A DNA stretch of 64,000 nt from an uncultured Clostridia bacterium. Lineage in GTDB: Bacteria; Bacillota; Clostridia; TANB77; CAG-508. The notes beneath the pieces are model-generated. The model searched no databases. It was not told where the DNA came from and was given only the letters and a program-made list of their open reading frames with translations. Location of the stretch: positions 17,753 through 81,752 of the forward strand of contig CANQEI010000002.1 of NCBI GenBank assembly GCA_947594845.1. The letters are read 5' to 3'. A program made the translations under genes and the position numbers. This document shows positions 39,445-49,039 of the stretch, one piece after another (within the stretch, counting starts at the first letter, position 1; the number at the start of each line of letters is the position of its first letter).

Positions 39445-39780
39445 ATGAACGTATATGACGAGGTAAATAATTTAGGAAGAGCAATAAAAGAAAGTAAAGA
39501 ATATAGCGAGTATAAAGAAGCAAAAGATAAAGTAAAATCAGTAGAGGGATTAAAAGAAAAAATAGACGAATTTGAAAAAATAAGATATGAAGAACAAATA
39601 TTAGCACTTCAAGGTGAAAAACAATCAGAAGAAAAAATGAAGAAATTGCAAGAACTATACCAAATATTAGTTCAAAATCCAGAAGTTAAAGACTACTTTG
39701 ATAAAGAAGTACGATTTAATGTAATGATGGCAGATGTAAACAAGATTATAGGTGAAGCAATAAAAGATGTTTTACAATAG
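39445..39780 (+). CDS. YlbF/YmcA family regulator
   Basis: MNVYDEVNNLGRAIKESKEY...NPEVKDYF...MMADVNKII pattern. Confidence 0.88.
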   Translation: MNVYDEVNNLGRAIKESKEYSEYKEAKDKVKSVEGLKEKIDEFEKIRYEEQILALQGEKQSEEKMKKLQELYQILVQNPEVKDYFDKEVRFNVMMADVNKIIGEAIKDVLQ

Positions 39781-39797
39781 AAAATTCACTTAATGTC

Positions 39798-39826
39798 TTG
39801 ACAGCCAAGCACTTTGCAAATATAAT
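39798..39826 (+). promoter_or_regulatory. Consensus SigA promoter of sigH-tRNA
   Basis: TTGACA-17 nt-TATAAT. Confidence 0.8.
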
Positions 39827-39871
39827 ACTACTAAACATAGAAAAATAAGTGGAGGAATGTTTTAAGAGTAA

Positions 39872-40510
39872 ATGCAAAACTTATATTTTCCAAAAAACGA
39901 ATTTGATAATTTAGATGATATTACATTAATAAAGATGATAAAACAAGGAGATAATAAGGCTTTAAATTATCTACTAAGCAAATATACTGATATTGTAAAT
40001 ATGAAAGCAGGCAAATATTTTATTATTGGAGCTGAAAAAGAAGATATAATGCAAGAAGGTTTCATAGGATTATTTAAAGCCATTAAAAGTTTTGACCCTG
40101 AAAGACAAAGTTCTTTTAAAACATTTGCTAATCTTTGCGTAGAAAGACAATTACAAACTGCAATAAAAACTTCAACTAGGCAAAAACATATGCCACTTAA
40201 TTCTTATTTATCACTAAACATATCTGCATATGACGAAAATGATGATACTAGTTTAATAGACATATTTGATTCAAATACTGTTGAAGATCCATTAGACACT
40301 ATTGCCCAAAAAGAATATTATAAGTTTATAGAAGAAAGAATAAATGAAACATTAAGCGATTTTGAAAAACAAGTTTTACATAGATATACTAATGGGGAAA
40401 GTTACACAGAAATAGCAGAAAGACTAGATGCGCCTGTAAAATCTGTAGATAATGCAATTCAAAGAATTAGAAAAAAAACAATAAAAAACCTATTGAATTA
40501 CGAGGAATAA
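39872..40510 (+). CDS. sigH: RNA polymerase sigma factor SigH
   Basis: YFIIGAEKEDIMQEG, SFKTFANLC, RQKHMPLNSYLSL, KSVDNAIQRIRKK. Confidence 0.96.
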   Translation: MQNLYFPKNEFDNLDDITLIKMIKQGDNKALNYLLSKYTDIVNMKAGKYFIIGAEKEDIMQEGFIGLFKAIKSFDPERQSSFKTFANLCVERQLQTAIKTSTRQKHMPLNSYLSLNISAYDENDDTSLIDIFDSNTVEDPLDTIAQKEYYKFIEERINETLSDFEKQVLHRYTNGESYTEIAERLDAPVKSVDNAIQRIRKKTIKNLLNYEE

Positions 40511-40512
40511 AT

Positions 40513-40588
40513 GCTTCTATAGCTCAGTAGGTAGAGCGCATCCATGGTAAGGATGAGGTAGCCAGTTCGATTCTGGCTGGAAGCTCCA
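40513..40588 (+). tRNA. tRNA-Thr (GGT)
   Basis: Cloverleaf: acceptor GCTTCTA/TGGAAGC, D arm GCTC/GAGC, anticodon arm CATCC-ATGGTAA-GGATG, T arm GCCAG-TTCGATT-CTGGC, encoded CCA; begins 2 nt after sigH stop. Confidence 0.97.
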
Positions 40589-40595
40589 TAATAAT

Positions 40596-40635
40596 AAAAC
40601 CTAGAAACCTATAATATAGGAAATCTAGGTTTTTT
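40596..40635 (+). terminator. Terminator after tRNA-Thr
   Basis: AAAACCTAGA..CCTAT / ATAGG..TCTAGGTTTT plus T-tract. Confidence 0.75.
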
Positions 40636-40665
40636 CATAATAATATACTAATGAAGGAGATAGAT

Positions 40666-41406
40666 ATGTTTAGAAATAGAGGAATAGCACCTAATATCAC
40701 AATAAATAATGCAAACAATAATCAAAATAATAATAATAACTCAAATAATAATGGCGGATTTTATCATCATCATTTTGGATATTACTATATAATAAATTAT
40801 GATAAAAATTTTTTACTAATGGAAATAATAGCTACTTTGTTTGTAGTAATAATTGGATTAATAGTATATTTATGGTTTACAAAATATGATTTTTTTGATC
40901 CAATAGCAGCAGAGAAACAAAACTTTTTAACTTTTCAATTAGTAACAACCACTATATCCATGATATTAACTGGAGCAGTAACTTTTTTAGCAAAATCTAA
41001 GGAACAGTTAATAAAAATAATAAGAGTAATAGGAGTAATATCATTTTGCATAATAATACTAACTATTGTAATGAAAAATGATATGAACAAAAAATATACA
41101 GAACAAACTTTTAATGAGTTTTATGAAAAATATGAGAAACAAAATGAAAAAGATGAAAATGAACAAAAAGTAACAATAGGACTAACAGGAATAAAGTTAA
41201 CAAATCCAAAAGAAAATTACATAGAAAAAAGTAAAGCAGCATATAGAAATTTCAACTTAAAATCAAATGTATATATTGGAATGTACGCAATATTAACAAT
41301 GTTTATATTTTACTTATCTGCCAGAATATCACATATAGAAGAGAAAAAAGAAAAAGCTACTCAAAATGATGAAATTATATTTGATGAAGACATACATTAT
41401 AAATAA
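40666..41406 (+). CDS. Hypothetical 4-TM membrane protein with Asn-rich N-terminus
   Basis: RBS AAGGAG favours ATG 40666; NNANNNQNNNNNSNNNGGFYHHHFGYYY then four hydrophobic segments. Confidence 0.7.
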   Translation: MFRNRGIAPNITINNANNNQNNNNNSNNNGGFYHHHFGYYYIINYDKNFLLMEIIATLFVVIIGLIVYLWFTKYDFFDPIAAEKQNFLTFQLVTTTISMILTGAVTFLAKSKEQLIKIIRVIGVISFCIIILTIVMKNDMNKKYTEQTFNEFYEKYEKQNEKDENEQKVTIGLTGIKLTNPKENYIEKSKAAYRNFNLKSNVYIGMYAILTMFIFYLSARISHIEEKKEKATQNDEIIFDEDIHYK

Positions 41407-41437
41407 AAAATAATTTGAACAAATTAAAATTATAAAA

Positions 41438-41460
41438 ACCTCAGAAAGATTTTCTGAGGT
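41438..41460. terminator. Bidirectional terminator
   Basis: ACCTCAGAAA / TTTCTGAGGT between convergent genes. Confidence 0.7.
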
Positions 41461-41513
41461 CTTTATTTTCATAGTCAAATAAAATATTTCAATATATTAA
41501 GATTTCCCGTTTA

Positions 41514-42047
41514 TCATATATTGTCATAAAAATCCTTTTCGAAAGAATTATCTTTTTTAGTTCCATCAGCAACAGATAATGCTGAAAATGATAAATATGA
41601 AAATATTAATACAGCAATAACAGTTATATCTAAATAATTTAAAATGAATAAAATAGTATTTAGTGAGCCACGAGAAGAGTAAATAACAATTTCTGAAAGT
41701 ACAATATCAAAATTTGCAATCACATTAAATACATCGTATATAAATAAAAATCCTTCTGGAATCATTGCCATAATAATAAATTTTTTGGAAAGAGGAATAT
41801 TATGTTTTTTTATTGTATTTAATGCTATAAATATACAAAAAAAAGAAAAAACTTCGAAATAAATTCCAAAATCCTGAAAAAATATGCCCCAATTAGATAA
41901 ATCAATATTAAAAGCAACAAAATAACTTATAAAACTTATTATAAAAGCAATAACACAAGGGATTAATAATGAATATGCTTTATCTAAGTACACTTCTACT
42001 ATGTGTTTTTTATTTTCTGAATCAACAGAATTATTTAAATCATTCAT
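41514..42047 (-). CDS. Hypothetical membrane protein
   Basis: 177 aa, about 4 hydrophobic segments, RBS GGAG. Confidence 0.65.
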   Translation of the reverse strand: MNDLNNSVDSENKKHIVEVYLDKAYSLLIPCVIAFIISFISYFVAFNIDLSNWGIFFQDFGIYFEVFSFFCIFIALNTIKKHNIPLSKKFIIMAMIPEGFLFIYDVFNVIANFDIVLSEIVIYSSRGSLNTILFILNYLDITVIAVLIFSYLSFSALSVADGTKKDNSFEKDFYDNI

Positions 42048-42280
42048 AAAAATTCTCCATATTTGTAGATTACTTAAATCTAATTATAAAAATTATATTT
42101 AAGCTAGTAGGTATATTATTAAAATTCTATAACCTAAATAAAACTATATCAATATATTACACCTTATAAAAAGAAAAGACAACAATATTAACAGCATCTT
42201 TTTAAGAAAAAATACTACACTTTAAAGCAAAAATATGATATACTTCACTAATGATAAATTATCTAGTAATAGGAGTATTT

Positions 42281-42850
42281 ATGAAAATAGGAATTGACTT
42301 AGATGGAGTGGTAATAGACTCTGAAAGACAATTTAGAAACGCAGCAGAGTTATATAATATGAATGTTCTAAAAAAGAATTATATCAAAGATCAGACAGCT
42401 CTTAGAATTAAAGAAAGATATGATTGGACAGATGATGAAATTTACAAATTCATGAAAGAAGAATTAATCAAATGGGCAAAAAAGAGTAGCATAATGCCAG
42501 GAGCTAAAGAAGTAATAAATCTCTTAAAAGAAGAAGGACATAGATTCGTTGTAATAACATCAAGAGGAGGAACAATTCCTGAGATGATTGACAATGCAAA
42601 AGAAGTTCTAAAAAGAGAAAATCTTGAATTTGAAAAATACTACTGGAAAGTAGAAGAAAAAACGGAAATATGTTTAAAAGAAAATATAGACATAATGATA
42701 GAAGACTCAATTAAAAATTGTGAAAATATGAGTAAAGCAAATATCAAGACAATTTATTTAAGAGATAGCAATATGAAACCATCAAATGATCCCAACATTA
42801 AAGAAGTATATACGTGGGGAGAAATTTACAGATATATAAAAAGTTTATAA
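42281..42850 (+). CDS. HAD-superfamily 5'(3')-nucleotidase-like phosphatase
   Basis: MKIGIDLDGV (DxD), VITSR, K, MIEDS motifs; RBS AGGAG favours ATG 42281. Confidence 0.85.
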   Translation: MKIGIDLDGVVIDSERQFRNAAELYNMNVLKKNYIKDQTALRIKERYDWTDDEIYKFMKEELIKWAKKSSIMPGAKEVINLLKEEGHRFVVITSRGGTIPEMIDNAKEVLKRENLEFEKYYWKVEEKTEICLKENIDIMIEDSIKNCENMSKANIKTIYLRDSNMKPSNDPNIKEVYTWGEIYRYIKSL

Positions 42851-42868
42851 TTTTATCGGAGGAAAACA

Positions 42869-43960
42869 ATGAAAATAGGAATAGTAGGGTTACCTAATGT
42901 CGGAAAAAGTACAATGTTTAATAGTATAACAAATGCAGGTGCAGAATGTGCAAATTATCCATTTTGCACAATAGAGCCTAATATAGGGGTTGTTGCTGTA
43001 CCAGATGAAAGATTAGAAAAATTATCTGAAATGTATAAACCAGAAAAAACTACGCCAGCAGTTATTGAATTTGTTGATATAGCTGGATTAGTAAAAGGAG
43101 CAAGTAAAGGAGAAGGATTAGGAAATAAATTTTTATCTCATATACGTGAAGTAGATAGTATAGTAGAAGTTGTAAGATGCTTCGAAGATAGCAATATTGT
43201 GCATGTAGATGGAAGCGTTGATCCATTAAGAGATATAGAAACAATAAATTTAGAATTGATATTTGCAGACATAGAAACTGTAGATAAAAGATTAGAAAGA
43301 GCTAAGAAAAATGTCAAGGGAGATAAGAAATATCAAGCTGAAATAGATTTACTAGAAAAGGTAAAAGCAACTTTAGAAGAAGGAAAGTCAGCAAGAACAC
43401 TTGAATTGACAGCCGAAGAAAATGAATTATTAAAAGATAGTTTTCTTTTAACAATGAAACCGATTTTGTATATTGCTAATATTTCTGAAAACGAAATAGA
43501 AAATCCTGATGAAAATGAAAATGTAAGAAAAGTAAAAGAATATGCTAAAACCGAAAATGCAGAAGTAATACCATTATGTGTAAAACTAGAAGAAGAATTA
43601 AGCACACTTAACAAAGAAGATAAAATTGAAATGCTACACGAGCTAGGATTAGAAGAATCAGGATTAGACAAGGTTATAAAATCAAGTTATAAACTTTTAG
43701 GATTAATGTCATTTTTAACAGCTGGAGAGCCAGAAGTTAGGGCATGGACTATAAAAATAGGAACAAAAGCACCTAAAGCTGCAGGAAAAATACATTCAGA
43801 TATTGAAAGAGGCTTTATAAGGGCTGAAGTTGTATCTTATGATGATTTAATAAGAGAAGGCTCAATGAATGCTGTAAAAGAAAAAGGACTTATGAGATTA
43901 GAAGGAAAAGACTATATTATGCAAGATGGAGATATAGTATTGTTTAGATTTAACGTATAA
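42869..43960 (+). CDS. ychF: Ribosome-binding ATPase YchF
   Basis: GIVGLPNVGKST, NYPFCTIEPN, DIAGLV, GEGLGNKFL, IHSDIERGFIRAE, DGDIVLFRFNV. Confidence 0.98.
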   Translation: MKIGIVGLPNVGKSTMFNSITNAGAECANYPFCTIEPNIGVVAVPDERLEKLSEMYKPEKTTPAVIEFVDIAGLVKGASKGEGLGNKFLSHIREVDSIVEVVRCFEDSNIVHVDGSVDPLRDIETINLELIFADIETVDKRLERAKKNVKGDKKYQAEIDLLEKVKATLEEGKSARTLELTAEENELLKDSFLLTMKPILYIANISENEIENPDENENVRKVKEYAKTENAEVIPLCVKLEEELSTLNKEDKIEMLHELGLEESGLDKVIKSSYKLLGLMSFLTAGEPEVRAWTIKIGTKAPKAAGKIHSDIERGFIRAEVVSYDDLIREGSMNAVKEKGLMRLEGKDYIMQDGDIVLFRFNV

Positions 43961-43974
43961 GCTAAGAGGTAGCA

Positions 43975-45024
43975 ATGAAAAAATTAATTAAGATACTAAT
44001 GATTTTAATTATATACGTAATATTAGTATTATGTGTTTTAGCAGGTGTAGGCGTTATAAAAATTAAGTTTATAAATTTTAATAAAAAAAGTGCTGATGAA
44101 TATATCAATAACGGCCTTCATTTAGAAGATGAAGAGCTTAATAAATCAAGTGGAAAAATAGATAATTTTTATTATAACCAATTGGATGATACAGCAAAGA
44201 TAATCTATGACAGAATATTAAAAGAAGAAAAAAACTTAAGAAGCGGAACTGCCCAAATAGAGTTCAAAAATCATGAATTTGATAATGTCTTAAATAAAAA
44301 AAATGGAATGGAAATATTAAGTGGAGAATACCAAAATGCAGTTGATTCACTAAGAAATGACCATGTAGAATTATTTTATATAGATTTTACAAAAATGTCA
44401 TTAAAAGTAACTACTACAAAAACTAATAGCAAATTAACTTATGAAGTTTATCTAGACAAAGAAAGTGGAGTGAAAAACTATTTTAGAGACAATATTAATT
44501 CCAAACAAGAAGTTGAAGCAATGTTTACAGAAATAAAAGCAATAAAAGAAACTATATTACCTCAAATTACAGGAACAAATTATCAAAAAATATATAAACT
44601 ACATAATTGGTTAATTGATAATATAGAATATGATCAAAGCAATGAAAGTGAAAATAATAGAAATATATATGGATCCCTAATAGAACAAAAAGCAGTATGT
44701 GAAGGATATGCAAAAGCTTTCAAATACTTGTTAGATGAATTAAATATACCATGCATAATAGTTGCTGGCTATGCAAATAATTCTGCAGGAAATTTAGAAA
44801 GACATATGTGGAATTACGTACTAATAAATGATATATGGTATTCTGTTGATGTTACATGGGATGATCCTATAATAATAAATGGCGGAGATTTACCTGATGA
44901 ACATAGGTATAAATATTTCTGCCAAGGTGATAACATAAATAAAGATCACTATATAGAAAAAACAATTACAGAAGGATGCCAAGAATATGAGTTTCCGGAA
45001 CTTTATAAAAAAGAAAATAGTTAA
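43975..45024 (+). CDS. Membrane-anchored transglutaminase-like domain protein
   Basis: N-terminal TM; Cys-His-Asp triad AVCEGYA / HMWN / DVTWDD. Confidence 0.88.
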   Translation: MKKLIKILMILIIYVILVLCVLAGVGVIKIKFINFNKKSADEYINNGLHLEDEELNKSSGKIDNFYYNQLDDTAKIIYDRILKEEKNLRSGTAQIEFKNHEFDNVLNKKNGMEILSGEYQNAVDSLRNDHVELFYIDFTKMSLKVTTTKTNSKLTYEVYLDKESGVKNYFRDNINSKQEVEAMFTEIKAIKETILPQITGTNYQKIYKLHNWLIDNIEYDQSNESENNRNIYGSLIEQKAVCEGYAKAFKYLLDELNIPCIIVAGYANNSAGNLERHMWNYVLINDIWYSVDVTWDDPIIINGGDLPDEHRYKYFCQGDNINKDHYIEKTITEGCQEYEFPELYKKENS

Positions 45025-45036
45025 AAGGAGTATAAA

Positions 45037-46338
45037 ATGAAATATCACATTACTACTATGGGATGCCAATTGAATGAAAATGATTCAGAAAAAATTTCTG
45101 GAATAGTTGAAAACATGGGGTATGAAAAAACTGAAAAAATAGAAGAAGCGGATTTAGTAATATACAATACATGTTGCGTTAGAGAAAATGCAGAAGAAAG
45201 ATTATTTGGAAAATTAGGAGAACTAAAAAAGCAAAAAGAAGAACAAGGCACAATTATAGCAATTGGTGGTTGTATGATGCAAGAACCACATATACTTGAA
45301 AAGATGAAGCAAAGTTATAATTATATAGACATAGTCTTTGGTACACATACATTACATAAATTTGAAGAGGATTTAAAAAAAGCAACTGAGAAAAAAATAA
45401 AAATTAGAGACGTTATAGATATTGACGGTGAAGTTATAGAAGATTTACCAATAAAAAGAAATGATAAATATAAAGCTTCTGTAACTATTATGTATGGCTG
45501 TAACAATTTTTGTTCATATTGCATAGTTCCATATGTTAGAGGAAGAGAAAGAAGTAGGAAGCCAGAAAAAATATTAGAAGAAATAAAAAATTTATCTAAA
45601 GAAGGATATAAAGAAGTTACATTACTTGGACAAAATGTAAATTCATATAATGGGGGAAATGAATATAAATTTTCTAATCTATTAAATGATGTTTGCAAAA
45701 TTGATGGTATTGAAAAAATAAGATTTATATCACCACATCCAAAAGATTTTACAGATGATGTAATAGAATCAATAGCAAACAACGAAAAAATATCTAGAAT
45801 TATTCACTTACCTCTACAATCAGGAAGTACGAAAGTATTAAAAGAAATGAACAGAAAATATACAAAGCAACAATATTTGGATTTAGTAGATAAGATGAAA
45901 GAAAAAATACCTAATGTATTATTTTCAACTGACATTATTGTTGGATTTCCAGGAGAAACTGAAGAAGACTTTGAAGATACATTAGATGTAGTACGAAAAG
46001 TAAACTTTGAACAAATTTTTATGTTTATATATTCTAGGAGAAAAGGAACTGTTGCAGATAAAAAAGAAAATCAAATACCAGAAGAAATAAAGCATGAAAG
46101 ATTTGAAAAACTTAAAGAATTATATGACAGTAGAGTATCATTAAATAATCAAAAATATATAGGAACCACACAAAGGATATTAGTAGACGGATATAGTAAA
46201 AATGATAAAACAATTTTAACAGGGCGAACAGATTCGAACAAAGTTGTCAATTTTTATGGAACAGAAAATCTTATAGGAAAAATGATTGATATAAAAATTA
46301 CAGAAGAGCATAAATGGTACTTAAAAGGAGAAATATAA
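45037..46338 (+). CDS. miaB: tRNA i6A37 methylthiotransferase MiaB
   Basis: TMGCQLNENDSE, NTCCVRENAE, GCNNFCSYCIVP radical SAM motif, TDIIVGFPGET, C-terminal TRAM. Confidence 0.96.
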   Translation: MKYHITTMGCQLNENDSEKISGIVENMGYEKTEKIEEADLVIYNTCCVRENAEERLFGKLGELKKQKEEQGTIIAIGGCMMQEPHILEKMKQSYNYIDIVFGTHTLHKFEEDLKKATEKKIKIRDVIDIDGEVIEDLPIKRNDKYKASVTIMYGCNNFCSYCIVPYVRGRERSRKPEKILEEIKNLSKEGYKEVTLLGQNVNSYNGGNEYKFSNLLNDVCKIDGIEKIRFISPHPKDFTDDVIESIANNEKISRIIHLPLQSGSTKVLKEMNRKYTKQQYLDLVDKMKEKIPNVLFSTDIIVGFPGETEEDFEDTLDVVRKVNFEQIFMFIYSRRKGTVADKKENQIPEEIKHERFEKLKELYDSRVSLNNQKYIGTTQRILVDGYSKNDKTILTGRTDSNKVVNFYGTENLIGKMIDIKITEEHKWYLKGEI

Positions 46339-46417
46339 TACTTAAAGTAACAACCAATCATAAAAATTTAAGTAAAAAATAGACAAAAAATACAGGATAA
46401 AAGAAAAGGAGATAAAA

Positions 46418-49024
46418 ATGGCAGAACAATTCTCACCAATGATGCAACACTATTTAGAAAAAAAAGAAGAATATAAAGACTGTATACTATTTTACAGACT
46501 CGGAGATTTTTATGAAATGTTTTTTGAGGATGCAATAACTGCATCCAGAGAATTAGAAATAACATTAACAGGAAGAGCATGTGGGCAAGAAGAAAGAGCA
46601 CCAATGTGTGGAGTGCCTTTCCATGCTGCAGAAATATACATTTCAAAATTAATTTCAAAAGGATATAAAGTAGCAATATGTGAACAGCTAGAAGATCCCA
46701 AAACAGCAAAAGGTATTGTAAAAAGAGATGTAATAAGAGTTGTAACCCCAGGAACAGTAATTGAAAGTAACTTATTAGACGAAAAGAAAAACAACTTTAT
46801 AATGTCTATAGTAAAAAAAGGACTATTCTTCGGAATTGCTGTTTGTGACGTAAGTACTGGTGATTTTTTTGCAACACAAATAACAGAAAATAATAATTTT
46901 GAAAAACTTTTAGATGAAATATCAAGATTTTCACCATCAGAAATAATAGCAAATAAAATGATGATAGATTCAGAAAAAGAAATATCAATAATAAAAGATA
47001 GATTAAATATATGCATTTCAAATGTTGAGGAAACAGCTTTTTCTGAAGAAACAGAACTATTAGAAAAAATATATAACATAGTAAATGAAACAGACAAGAG
47101 CATAAAAGAAAATTTATTTGCAGTTGCAGCAATTAATGGACTTACAGAATATTTAAATCAAACACAAAAAATTAAATTAGATCATATAAATACAATAAAG
47201 CTTTATAAAACAACAAGATATATGGCTTTAGATTTATCAGCAAGAAGAAATTTAGAACTTACTGAAAGAATGAGAGACAAATCTAAAAGAGGAACTTTAA
47301 TTTGGGTATTAGATAAAACGTCAACTTCAATGGGCGGCAGAATACTAAGAAGATGGATAAATGATCCACTAGTAGATGTAAAAGAAATTAACAATAGATT
47401 AGATGCTGTTGAAGAATTAAAAGACAATATGATACTAAGAGGAGATATAGTAGAAACACTTAATAAAGTATATGATATAGAAAGACTTGCAGGAAGAATA
47501 GCATATGGAAATGCAAATGCAAGAGATTTGATATCACTAAAAAATTCATTAGCAAAATTACCAGAATTAAAAGAAGAACTTAGCAAAACTAATACACCAT
47601 TACTTAAACAATTATACAATGATTTAGATGAATTAAAAGATGTTGAAGAATTAATTGAAAAATCTATAATAGATGATCCGCCAATTTCAATAAAAGAAGG
47701 TGGAATAATAAAAACTGGATATAATGCAGAAATCGATGAATGCAAGAAAGCTGCTACAGAGGGAAAAAGCTGGCTAGTAAATATAGAAGCTAAAGAAAGA
47801 GAAGCAACTGGAATTAAAACATTAAAAGTAGGCTATACTAAGGTCTTTGGTTACTATATTGAAGTAACAAAATCATTTTTAAAACAAGTTCCTACTAGAT
47901 ATATAAGGAAACAAACATTAACTGGAGCAGAAAGATTCATAACAGAAGAACTAAAGGGAATAGAAGATAAAGTATTAGGAGCAGAAGAAAGAATTATTTC
48001 TTTAGAATATGAGGAATTTGTAAAAATTAGAACACAAATATCTTCACAAATTGAAAGACTTCAAAAATCATCAAATATTGTAGCTATAGTAGATGTACTA
48101 AACAATTTTGCTAATGTGGCTGAATCAAATGAATATTGCAAACCAAAAGTAGATAATGAAGATGAAATATTAATAAAAGATGGAAGACATCCAGTAATTG
48201 AAAAGATGATGACAAATGAAATGTTTGTTGAAAATGATACTTATCTAAATAGAAGAGATGATAGACTTTCAATTATAACAGGACCTAACATGGCTGGAAA
48301 ATCTACATATATGAGGCAAGTAGCAATAATAACATTGATGGCCCAAATAGGATGTTTTGTTCCAGCATCATCAGCAAAAATAGGAGTTGTAGATAAAATA
48401 TTTACAAGAGTTGGAGCGTCTGATGATTTAAGTATGGGACAAAGTACATTTATGGTTGAAATGGCAGAAGTCTCAAATATCCTAAAAAATGCAACTAAAA
48501 ATAGTTTAGTAATTTTAGACGAAATAGGAAGAGGAACATCTACATATGATGGATTGGCAATAGCATGGGCTGTTGCAGAATATATTGCAGATGCAGATAA
48601 TATAGGATGTAAAACTTTATTTGCAACACATTATCATGAATTAACTTCACTTGAAGAAAAACTAGAAGGAGTTAGAAATTACCAAGTAGCAGTAAAAGAA
48701 AAAGGTGAAGATGTAATTTTCTTAAGAAAGATTATACCAGGTGGAACTGATGAAAGCTATGGTATACACGTAGCTAAATTAGCAGGAGCACCTAAGAAAA
48801 TGATTTCTAGAGCAAATGATATATTGAAAACTTTAGAAAAGAAGGTTAAAATAAAAGAGAAGCAAGAAGAAAAAGAAATGAAAAAACAAGTTTCAGGACA
48901 ATTGGATATGTACAACTACAAGTTAGCTGATATAGCAACAGAACTTGATAAAATAAATGTAAATGAATTAACACCAATAGATGCTCTAAATACCATAGTT
49001 AAAATTAAAGAAAAATTAAAATAG
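46418..49024 (+). CDS. mutS: DNA mismatch repair protein MutS
   Basis: SPMMQHY, GDFYEMF, ITGPNMAGKSTY, STFMVEM, DEIGRGTST, FATHYHEL, SYGIHVA. Confidence 0.98.
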   Translation: MAEQFSPMMQHYLEKKEEYKDCILFYRLGDFYEMFFEDAITASRELEITLTGRACGQEERAPMCGVPFHAAEIYISKLISKGYKVAICEQLEDPKTAKGIVKRDVIRVVTPGTVIESNLLDEKKNNFIMSIVKKGLFFGIAVCDVSTGDFFATQITENNNFEKLLDEISRFSPSEIIANKMMIDSEKEISIIKDRLNICISNVEETAFSEETELLEKIYNIVNETDKSIKENLFAVAAINGLTEYLNQTQKIKLDHINTIKLYKTTRYMALDLSARRNLELTERMRDKSKRGTLIWVLDKTSTSMGGRILRRWINDPLVDVKEINNRLDAVEELKDNMILRGDIVETLNKVYDIERLAGRIAYGNANARDLISLKNSLAKLPELKEELSKTNTPLLKQLYNDLDELKDVEELIEKSIIDDPPISIKEGGIIKTGYNAEIDECKKAATEGKSWLVNIEAKEREATGIKTLKVGYTKVFGYYIEVTKSFLKQVPTRYIRKQTLTGAERFITEELKGIEDKVLGAEERIISLEYEEFVKIRTQISSQIERLQKSSNIVAIVDVLNNFANVAESNEYCKPKVDNEDEILIKDGRHPVIEKMMTNEMFVENDTYLNRRDDRLSIITGPNMAGKSTYMRQVAIITLMAQIGCFVPASSAKIGVVDKIFTRVGASDDLSMGQSTFMVEMAEVSNILKNATKNSLVILDEIGRGTSTYDGLAIAWAVAEYIADADNIGCKTLFATHYHELTSLEEKLEGVRNYQVAVKEKGEDVIFLRKIIPGGTDESYGIHVAKLAGAPKKMISRANDILKTLEKKVKIKEKQEEKEMKKQVSGQLDMYNYKLADIATELDKINVNELTPIDALNTIVKIKEKLK

Positions 49025-49039
49025 TAGGAGGTATGCTAA

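Noticed and set aside
40513-42250. Integrated element at tRNA-Thr
   Set aside because: No integrase and no duplicated tRNA 3' end seen downstream.
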